Source of the DNA: Acidobacteriota bacterium
GTDB taxonomy: Bacteria > Acidobacteriota > UBA6911 > RPQK01 > G965248645
DNA: 64,000 nucleotides
Assembly: GCA_965248645.1 (NCBI GenBank)
Contig: OZ252113.1
Location: 2,885,428-2,949,427 of the forward strand
Direction: 5' to 3'
The position numbers and the translations under genes were made by a program. The notes below the pieces were generated by a model. The model was not told where the DNA came from. It made no database searches and was given only the letters and a program-made list of their open reading frames with translations. Below are positions 19,087-26,708 of the stretch, one piece after another. The stretch's first letter is position 1. Each line of letters opens with the position of its first letter.

Positions 19087-20289
19087 CTAAAAGAAAAAAT
19101 TAGCGACATGCAAAATCACCTCCCAAGGCGTCCGATCGTAGACCAATGAAGGGAATAACCCTGCTGCTAGTCCCCAAAGGAAACTGTACACCAAAGCGGT
19201 CTTGAACACCCAGCCTCGCGGCCTCCCTTCTTTCACGGCCAGAATCATTCCTGGCAGAGCGGGAACAAGATAGCGAGCCGAAAAGCCGGTTCCGCCGGCC
19301 CAATCTTGGTAGGTGGCGTGGAATAGAAAGAAAACCATGGCCGGCAGATATACGTCGCCACCCTTACGCAGGCCCCAAGCCAAAAAGGGGGAAAAGAACA
19401 GGATCCCATTCTCGGGCCCCAGCAGCAGTCCCGCCAGGCCATCCCAGGGCCAATCGAAGCCCACGTGAATTCCGGAATGGAAAAGGCTAAAGTGATCCAC
19501 ATCTTGAAAGAGATACTGCACAGTTCCAACGACTAGCAAAAGCGCCGCCAAAGCCGAGCCTCCCAAAGTCCAACCTCGCTGGTGATCACCCCGACCAAAG
19601 GCCATAAGCGCCATGCTGATCGGCACCAGGGCAAAAGGATATTTGATCAAGGTACCCAGCGCTGCCAGGACTCCCAGCAGAACCGGCTTTTCCCAAACCA
19701 GTAAGCCCCCCCAGATACCCAGCAGCCAGGGTTCCGCCCACAGGTCTCGACTGTAGCACCACAACGGGGTGGCCAGGCCCAGGGTCAGGACCCAGACTTG
19801 ACGGGAAACGGTCCCTGGCCGACCAAAGAGTCGGCCTGACAGTGCCACCCCAGCCAAGCCCACCAGCATCGTCAGCCCAATGCAGACAGGTTCAACCCAG
19901 GCTGTTCCCTGCAGAGGCCAAGTCAACGTGGCTAGAAGCAAGACAAAAAAAGGTGAATGGGTACCCAAGACCCTACCTTCGTTATCCCTGTCCACGTGCC
20001 GGTCCAGATCCCTCTGGCGGAAGCGAACTCCCGCGTCCAAATCTCCTTCTTTAGCTTGTCGGTAGTTGTTGGTGAGATCGAAATCACCATCCTCGATGAG
20101 GCTGTTGACACCCACTAGATAGTGTGGTGAGTCACCCGAGAGCACCCGGGGTAGAGCCAGCACAAGCAACCCCACAGGCCGCCAATGCGGTACCCCTTCC
20201 ACCTCGTGGTGATCAACCGGACCATGCACCAGGGAAGAGCAGAAATAAGCCACAGCCACCATCAGAATCGGCCATTCGATTCGCATCAA
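19087..20289 (-). CDS. Polytopic membrane protein, GT-C-like (ArnT/PMT-like) glycosyltransferase candidate
   Basis: 400 aa with about 10 predicted TM segments by eye. First loop carries the acidic motif SGDSPHYLVGVNSLIEDGDFDLTNNY. ATGA overlap with the upstream UPF0104 gene. The fold assignment is inference. Confidence 0.5.
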   Translation of the reverse strand: MMRIEWPILMVAVAYFCSSLVHGPVDHHEVEGVPHWRPVGLLVLALPRVLSGDSPHYLVGVNSLIEDGDFDLTNNYRQAKEGDLDAGVRFRQRDLDRHVDRDNEGRVLGTHSPFFVLLLATLTWPLQGTAWVEPVCIGLTMLVGLAGVALSGRLFGRPGTVSRQVWVLTLGLATPLWCYSRDLWAEPWLLGIWGGLLVWEKPVLLGVLAALGTLIKYPFALVPISMALMAFGRGDHQRGWTLGGSALAALLLVVGTVQYLFQDVDHFSLFHSGIHVGFDWPWDGLAGLLLGPENGILFFSPFLAWGLRKGGDVYLPAMVFFLFHATYQDWAGGTGFSARYLVPALPGMILAVKEGRPRGWVFKTALVYSFLWGLAAGLFPSLVYDRTPWEVILHVANFFF

Positions 20290-21131
20290 TCAGTGTCCAC
20301 CAGCACTAAAATCCAGGCCAGCATCGCTACCGGCACGAAGACCACCAGATGGAGGACCAGTCCATAGGCCAGCGCAGCCGTCTTACCGACACCAAAAATG
20401 GAAAGGCCGATGACTGTCAGGTACTGTAGCATCCCGACCTTGCCCGGTGTCACCGGTACAAACAGGCCCACTTGAAGGATCAACAACAGGACCACGGCAG
20501 CCAAAAAAGGAGCGGAGATCTTGAGCGCCCGAAGAACTAGAAAATTGATTAGCACGCTGCTGGCGGAGAGAAATAAGGAACTCCCAAACAAAACCGGTAT
20601 TTTCATCAGGCTAGGAAGCTGAACAAATCGCCGGCTGAGCCGAGAAATAGCTAGAATCCCTAGCAGGTAAATTCCAGCCAGCAAAACCACCGAGACTCGA
20701 GGTCCTTCCAGCCACTCCGGAACCACCCAGATGAAGGGCAGAATCAGACACAGGGCAGCGAAGAAAATCGCCTCTATAAATCGCTCCACGACGATCGTAC
20801 CAGCCACTTGCAGTTTTCGTCCCTTCACCATCAAAACGCGAGCCACTTCTCCCGACTGCAAGGGAATGACAAAGTTCAAGGTCTGTCCTGTGGCCACCGC
20901 TCTCAACAACAACTGATATCCAGGTACGGGGTTCTCGAACAGTGCCCTCCAGCGCCAGGCTCTCACCCAGGGTGCAAAAGCCACCAGGGCCACAGCCCCA
21001 GCCAGATAGTCCCATTTGACTCCACCGATAATCGTCCCGGCCTCCCTCAAATCCACACCCCGAATGGCCAGATAGCCGCAAAAGACCATTACCAGTAGTC
21101 CAAGGCCAATTTTTACCGCTCTTACCTGCAT
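20286..21131 (-). CDS. UPF0104 / LPG-synthase-TM-like (flippase-like) membrane protein, second copy
   Basis: 281 aa; RAWRWRALF...ATGQTLNFVIPLQSGEVARVLMV pattern; polytopic. Confidence 0.7.
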   Translation of the reverse strand: MQVRAVKIGLGLLVMVFCGYLAIRGVDLREAGTIIGGVKWDYLAGAVALVAFAPWVRAWRWRALFENPVPGYQLLLRAVATGQTLNFVIPLQSGEVARVLMVKGRKLQVAGTIVVERFIEAIFFAALCLILPFIWVVPEWLEGPRVSVVLLAGIYLLGILAISRLSRRFVQLPSLMKIPVLFGSSLFLSASSVLINFLVLRALKISAPFLAAVVLLLILQVGLFVPVTPGKVGMLQYLTVIGLSIFGVGKTAALAYGLVLHLVVFVPVAMLAWILVLVDTD

Positions 21132-21179
21132 TGTGGATTGGAGATCTCCCTCCCCTTAGAGTATAAGGAGAGAGTGAAA

Positions 21180-21837
21180 ATGTTGGCCGTTGGCGGAATG
21201 GTGGGCTTGTCCGCGCTGGCCTGGATCTACTTTCACCCGCTACTTGGGCTCTGGCTAGTGGCATTGGGTACGCTCACCTACTGCCTCCCAGACTATGGGG
21301 TAGCCCTATTATTTTTACTCGTTTCGGCCGACATAGCACGTCCCCTTTTTGGATATATTTCCGTGTGCTTTTCCGAAATCCAGTTTACCGTGTGTCTCTT
21401 GGCTTGTCTGGCCACCCGTGCCACAAATATTAAACATTGGGATTGGAGGCCCTTGAAATGGGCAACGCCTTTTGCCGCCGCCGTGACCGTCTCGGGTTTG
21501 ATCAACATCGAATGGGTGAAGGTACTCCCTCACCTACTACGGATATCGGAGTTAATGGTAGCTGCATTCCTGTCGGCCAACATATTCCAGGATGAGGCTT
21601 CTCGCCGACCTTTCCTCTATGCTCTGGCCGCCGCGGCTATTTTCTACCCTCTTTGCGGGGCTTGGCAGTTCGGGAACACACCTCGCATTTACTCTTTTTT
21701 TTCCAACCCCAATCAGTTCGCCGGCTATCTGAACCTTCTGTTTCCCTTCTTGATCGTTTTCTTCTTCACCCAGCCGAGGAAAAAGACACGCCTTCTTTGG
21801 GGCTACCTGGCAGGACTGGTGTTTCTAGCCCAACTGT
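21180..21837 (+). pseudogene. O-antigen ligase/polymerase-like (Wzy_C-type) membrane protein, 3'-truncated by the IS element
   Basis: Polytopic N-terminal part containing YSFFSNPNQFAGYLNLLFPFL (Wzy_C-like). The reading frame runs straight into the IS left inverted repeat at 21838 and stops inside it (track ORF ends at 21869). About half of a normal-length protein is missing. Confidence 0.55.
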
Positions 21838-21903
21838 TGACCTTGCCCCCTAAAACGAGTCCAGTTTGAATGTTAGGATTTCCGGTTTAGGAAGGAGGCA
21901 AGG

Positions 21904-22182
21904 ATGGCAGGGAAGCGGTTTAGGGCAGAACAGATCATCATGAAGCTGCGTGAGGCAGAGGTGGGTCTGGCCCAAGGACAGAGGGCGGGACAGGTGTCGA
22001 AGCAGATGGGGGTGAGCGAGCAGACCTACTACCGGTGGCGCAAAGAGTATGGAGGGCTCCGGTTGGACCAGGCCAATAGGTTGAAGGTGTTGGAGAAGGA
22101 GAATACCCGGTTGAAGAAGCTGGTGGCGGATCTGTCTTTGGACAAGCAGATCCTGAAGGAAGTGTCCTCGGGAAACTTCTAG
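21904..22182 (+). CDS. IS3-family transposase OrfA (HTH)
   Basis: [20 protein letters not shown]...[15 protein letters not shown]...[24 protein letters not shown] (HTH plus leucine zipper). Confidence 0.9.
   Translation: MAGKRFRAEQIIMKLREAEVGLAQGQRAGQVSKQMGVSEQTYYRWRKEYGGLRLDQANRLKVLEKENTRLKKLVADLSLDKQILKEVSSGNF
22170..22176 (+). promoter_or_regulatory. Candidate programmed -1 ribosomal frameshift heptamer G_GGA_AAC joining OrfA to OrfB
   Basis: The X_XXY_YYZ heptamer is in the correct zero frame 4 nt before the orfA stop (TAG 22180-22182). The -1 frame reads [20 protein letters not shown] straight into the OrfB frame. Confidence 0.55.
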
Positions 22183-22205
22183 GCCCGGCGAACAGGAGAC
22201 GAGCG

Positions 22206-23075
22206 GTGATGTGGGTACGAGAGCGATTAGGAGCAGAGCGAGTCTCCGAACGTCGGGCCTGCCAAGTGCTGGGACAGGTTCGATCGACCCAGCGAAGGGA
22301 AAGGCAAATTCCCGATGATGAGGCCCGATTGGTGGCCCGGATGGTGGAGTTGGCTACGCAATACGGGCGTTATGGCTACCGGCGGGTCACGGCGATACTT
22401 CATGGGGAAGGGTGGAAGGTGAATCCTAAGCGGGTGGAGAGGCTGTGGAGACAAGAAGGGCTGAAAGTCCCGTCCAGACAGCCGAAACGAAGGAGACTGT
22501 GGCTTAATGACGGTTCCTGTGTTCGGTTACGAGCGGCTCGCAAAAACCACGTCTGGAGCTATGATTTCGTGCATGAACGGACCCATGATGGGCGAGCCTT
22601 TCGGCTATTGACGATCCTGGATGAGTACACCAGAGAGTGCCTCGCCATTGATGTGAAACGGCAGATGAATCACCAAGACGTGTTGGACCGGTTGGCGGAG
22701 TTATTCGTTGATCGGGGAGTGCCTGAGTTTATCCGGTCCGATAACGGATCAGAGTTTACGGCACAGGCGGTCCGGGACTGGCTGCAGGCTGTTGGGGTAA
22801 GGACCTTGTACATCGAGCCGGGCAGCCCCTGGGAGAATGGGTACATTGAGAGTTTCAACGGGAAACTACGGGATGAGCTGCTGAACATGGAGATCTTCGA
22901 CACGCTTGGGGAAGCCAAGGTGTTGGTAGAACGCTGGCGAAGGGATTACAATCAGATCCGGCCTCACAGCGCCTTGGCCTATCGGCCGCCGGCACCAGAG
23001 GCCAAACTACCTAGGTCTCAGGAGTTCAGTTCTATCCCGTGCAGGGCACTTCAAATGGCTCCGAGTCTAACTTAG
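22206..23075 (+). CDS. IS3-family transposase OrfB (DDE integrase core)
   Basis: [58 protein letters not shown]. Confidence 0.9.
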   Translation: MMWVRERLGAERVSERRACQVLGQVRSTQRRERQIPDDEARLVARMVELATQYGRYGYRRVTAILHGEGWKVNPKRVERLWRQEGLKVPSRQPKRRRLWLNDGSCVRLRAARKNHVWSYDFVHERTHDGRAFRLLTILDEYTRECLAIDVKRQMNHQDVLDRLAELFVDRGVPEFIRSDNGSEFTAQAVRDWLQAVGVRTLYIEPGSPWENGYIESFNGKLRDELLNMEIFDTLGEAKVLVERWRRDYNQIRPHSALAYRPPAPEAKLPRSQEFSSIPCRALQMAPSLT

Positions 23076-23103
23076 AGGGTGGACTCGTTCGTGGGGGCAG
23101 GTC

Positions 23104-24047
23104 ACCCGTCAGCACAAACAGCGGCACCAACATCCCTAACCGCCACGACTTTTTAAACATCCGCCCAATGAAGGGGACAGAAAACCCCATCGACCCGGAC
23201 AGCAAACCCAAACTCACCCATCCCAAGAGGCCGCTAACCAAAACCCCCGGAATCAACAGGACCGCCGCAGCTGTCAAAAGCAGGAGCTGCCATCTTCGAC
23301 TCTGGGGAGTACTGCTATCGGAGAGGATTCTACTGGGATATCTTCGATACAGCTGGGAGGCATACTGAGCATAGCGAAATTTTCTGGCTAGGTGGGCCGA
23401 GAGCCTTTCGGGCTGAGGGTGACGGACCCTCGCCTCGGGCACGTAAGTAATATGAGTTCCATGCTGGGCCAGCCGAAAAGAGAGTTCGACATCTTCCAAA
23501 CGCTGAAATCCTTCGTGAAAAGGATACTTATCCAGCAGAGAACGCTGAAACGCACAGTTCCCCGTGCTAAAAAAATCAATTAGACTTCGTTTTTTTTTAC
23601 ACGCTCATAGCGCCCAGCCAATTCTTCTTGAGCTAGTCTGGCCACCCAGTGCTGCTGATCCGACAAACACTGACCTACAGTGCCGGAAACTCCATCTCGA
23701 AAGATAGGCCGGGTAAGCCACTCCATCCAATGCTCCTCCGGCGTACAATCCGCGTCGGTAAACACCACGACCTCGCCGCAACTCTCCCTCACTCCACGAT
23801 TACGTGCTGCTGCCGCACCTACCCTGCCCTGCCTTATAACGCGAACTCCCTGCTGCTGGATCGCAACTTCTGCGCTTCCGTCCTGCGAGCCATCATCCAC
23901 CACGATAATCTCGCAGTTTACGGCGACACCCTGTCTGGTGAGGGTTTCCAGACAGCTTTTAAGCTGCCTCCGTCCATCTCTTACTGGAACGATGACCGAA
24001 ACGCTAGGACTGTGCATTTCCCAATCTAGGACCACGATTTCTCCCAC
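23104..24047 (-). pseudogene. Family 2 glycosyltransferase with C-terminal TM helices, split by a frameshift in an A9 run and 3'-truncated by the IS
   Basis: The N-terminal part (23580-24047) reads VSVIVPVRDG...IIVVDDGSQDGS...VVFTDADC. The continuation DFFSTGNCAFQRSLLDKYPFHEGFQRLEDVELSFRL lies in another frame (track ORF 23032-23499). The frames meet in the run at 23590-23598. The C-terminus reads into the IS right end at 23103. Confidence 0.72.
23590..23598. repeat. Homopolymer T9 (A9 on the coding strand) at the GT2 frameshift point
   Basis: Read directly: cgTTTTTTTTTac. A9 gives ...YERVKKNEV*. A10 or A7 would give ...YERVKKKRSLIDFFSTGNC in frame. Confidence 0.9.
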
Positions 24048-25167
24048 TTCCCAATAAACAGCTCAGTGCCACTTTCATCAACCTTGGCTCAAGCACGGGC
24101 AACCGCCAGAGGACGCAAGCCATCGAGTCCCGATTGTACCGGCTCAGGAAATTCTGGGCTCCCCCGCTGAGAGAGCTGATCAATTGATCATAGCCGTGGT
24201 TGTCCAGCCGATCTAGTGCTCTGCGCATCCACCAATGGAGATCGAGTTCTCGTTTCAACCCCCTCAACTCCCTTCGATAAGATGTCCCTTTCAAGAGGGC
24301 TCGGGTCGCCACCCGGACCCCAAGAAAACCGGGTACCGTACCTCCTACGGTTGTGACCTTAACCTGCCCGGCCGCAGCTCCCACCAGGTAAACGGGAGCC
24401 GGTCCTATTTTTCCCCAGGGACGGAGTCTTGGGTGATGAAGGGCCACCTGGGCTGCCTGGTAGGACTTAGGCTGTAGGTTCTGACACTCCAGAAAGCCAT
24501 CCAGCAACCGACGAGCTCGAGCCGGGTCGTCTGCCACCAAGCCTACCACCCCCCGCTTCTTAGACTCGGGAATTAGCCAATAAAAAAATCTGGTCTGTCG
24601 GGTATCGAACCAAACCTGAGTGACATTGGGATCCCAGTTGTTGGGCAACGTAACCTCGGCTTGCAAGATGGGAACCGGTGACGGCCGCCGGATTCCAGCT
24701 GCGCGAGCAACCTGGCTAAATACGCCATCGGCTCCAAGGACCGCTTGTTTCACCCCGACCTCCACCTCGCTTCCGTTGCATAAAAAGCGTGCCTTCAGAC
24801 CCATCTCGACTGAAAAACCTTGAAAGCGATAGCCCAGAAGTAGCCTGCCACCGGAAGCCTGAAGACGGGCGGCCAGCTGCCTGACCAGTTCGGCGCGCTC
24901 TACGATGGGATCGGGATCGCCGAGACGGACCCGGCAACTCTCCTTTTGCGAACACACCGCCATCACTCCCGTGCGATGCAGCATTCCACTCTTGGCTACC
25001 TTGCCCAGTATTTTACTAACCTCGGGCGTGACAATGAGGGTGCGCCGAGCTGGCTTCAAGGCTTTTTTCCGCTCGAAGACAGCCACCTGCCTGCCAGCCC
25101 GAGCCAAAAGCTCACCAGCGTAAAGACCGGCCAAAGAAGCACCTACAATGACAACCTCAAAGTCCAT
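24004..25167 (-). CDS. FAD-dependent oxidoreductase, geranylgeranyl-reductase family
   Basis: MDFEVVIVGASLAGLYAGELLARAGRQVAVFERK (GxGxxG dinucleotide fold), about 390 aa, GGR/MenJ-like layout. The stop overlaps the GT2 start region. Confidence 0.72.
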   Translation of the reverse strand: MDFEVVIVGASLAGLYAGELLARAGRQVAVFERKKALKPARRTLIVTPEVSKILGKVAKSGMLHRTGVMAVCSQKESCRVRLGDPDPIVERAELVRQLAARLQASGGRLLLGYRFQGFSVEMGLKARFLCNGSEVEVGVKQAVLGADGVFSQVARAAGIRRPSPVPILQAEVTLPNNWDPNVTQVWFDTRQTRFFYWLIPESKKRGVVGLVADDPARARRLLDGFLECQNLQPKSYQAAQVALHHPRLRPWGKIGPAPVYLVGAAAGQVKVTTVGGTVPGFLGVRVATRALLKGTSYRRELRGLKRELDLHWWMRRALDRLDNHGYDQLISSLSGGAQNFLSRYNRDSMACVLWRLPVLEPRLMKVALSCLLGSGRNRGPRLGNAQS

Positions 25168-25670
25168 CTAACTTGAGGTTACTGCGATCCAATGCACACA
25201 ATTCGTGCCAAAGCCCTCTAAACCGCTGATTACCCTGGCGCCTACTCCTCATATACAGCGACCCCCAAAACCAACACACACCTGTTTTTCGAGAGCCGAG
25301 AAACTTCCACACTTTTTCTCGCGGCACCAGTCAGACCAGAATCACAAAGAACAAATGGAATGGCCAAGGAGAGAAAGTCTCGAAACTCCTACCAAAAAAT
25401 GGTCGCCGGAGGAAGAGCTGCGATTGGAAACTAGGCTATGACCAGCAACATACGTTTGGAGGGATTCAGAACGAGTCCTATGATCTCTGAAGTCAGCCTT
25501 CCCAGTGAAGCCCAAATGCCCTTCTCCTTCACAGTGGGTCAACCAGCGTGAAATCGACCGAAGGCTTAGGAGATCGGCCAATGGCTCGTTATTTCCGATA
25601 AGGTAAAGGTGCATTTTGAACCCAAACGCCAACTCACAATTGTTGTTCCGGAGAACTCATTACCGAACCT

Positions 25671-26684
25671 TCAATCTGCCTCAGAACCATGATGAGTAGA
25701 AACACTTGAAACCACGTCCTGGAGGATATTCTCGAGAGATTTGATTGGTTTCCAGCCGATCACTTTTTCAATCTTGGAGATATCCGGCAAACGACGGTCC
25801 ATATCCTCGAATCCGGCCGAGTAAGCCTCTTCGTAGGGAATAAAAGTGATTCCCTTTGCATCCACCCTGCGGGATGTGGCTTCTAGGACAAGCTTGGCCA
25901 ATTCAAGAATAGTAATCTCCTGGCGGGACCCAACATTGAATACCTGGCCTTCGGCTTCATTGCTTTCTGCTAAAGCAATGATGGCCTCGACGGCGTCTTT
26001 GACATGCAGAAAACAGCGCGATTGCCGACCGTCTCCGTACACGGTCAAGGGTTCATCCCGAAGAGCCTGGCAGACAAATCGAGGTACCACCATTCCATAG
26101 CGGCCAGTTTGCCTGGGACCAACAGTGTTGAACAGGCGAAAAATGGACACTGGGAGTCCCTTTTCCCGTTGATAGGCCAGAGCTAAAAACTCATCCACCA
26201 TCTTGGAGGCCGCGTAGGCCCATCGATTTCGGCTGGTAGGGCCCAGCACTGTGTCATCCTCCTCACCGAAGGGTACTCCGTTTCCCTTTCCGTAGACTTC
26301 GGAGGTAGAGGCGAGAAGCACTTTAGCTCGATAGCGAAGTGCAGCCTTCAGGACCGCCTCGGTTCCCATCACGTTGGTCTCAATCGTGTGGACGGGGTTT
26401 TCCACGATCAGTTTCACACCTACTGCAGCAGCCAGGTGAATGATGATCTGGCTTTCGCTCACCAGACGGTCGAGTACAATCTCATTGCCAATGGTGTCGA
26501 TGGCGAAATGGAAGCGATGGTGCTTGGTGAGTTGAGCAATGTTTTGGAAGCGACCCGTGGAGAGGTCGTCGATAATGGTTACCTGGTGACCCCGCTCGAG
26601 TAAAACCTCAGCCAAATGAGATCCGATGAAACCAGCACCACCAGTGATCAGATAGTTGCGATCACGCATTGTACGCATTTGCAT
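25671..26684 (-). CDS. SDR nucleotide-sugar epimerase/dehydratase (UDP-glucuronate decarboxylase / ArnA-C-terminal-like)
   Basis: YLITGGAGFIGSHL, IIDDLSTG, YAASKMVDE (YxxxK), RLFNTVGPRQ, YGDGRQSRCF. Confidence 0.8.
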   Translation of the reverse strand: MQMRTMRDRNYLITGGAGFIGSHLAEVLLERGHQVTIIDDLSTGRFQNIAQLTKHHRFHFAIDTIGNEIVLDRLVSESQIIIHLAAAVGVKLIVENPVHTIETNVMGTEAVLKAALRYRAKVLLASTSEVYGKGNGVPFGEEDDTVLGPTSRNRWAYAASKMVDEFLALAYQREKGLPVSIFRLFNTVGPRQTGRYGMVVPRFVCQALRDEPLTVYGDGRQSRCFLHVKDAVEAIIALAESNEAEGQVFNVGSRQEITILELAKLVLEATSRRVDAKGITFIPYEEAYSAGFEDMDRRLPDISKIEKVIGWKPIKSLENILQDVVSSVSTHHGSEAD

Positions 26685-26708
26685 GAACTTCTATGGATCC
26701 CATTGACT

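Larger units (their letters stand above)
21838..23103 (+). mobile_element. IS3-family insertion sequence (IS407-group-like), apparently intact, no target-site duplication
   Basis: Imperfect terminal inverted repeats were read directly. The left end is TGACCTTGCCCCCTAAAACGAGTCCA. The right end (reverse complement) is TGACCTGCCCCCACGAACGAGTCCA. They enclose orfA plus orfB. The flanks CTGT (left) and CCCG (right) differ. Confidence 0.85.
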
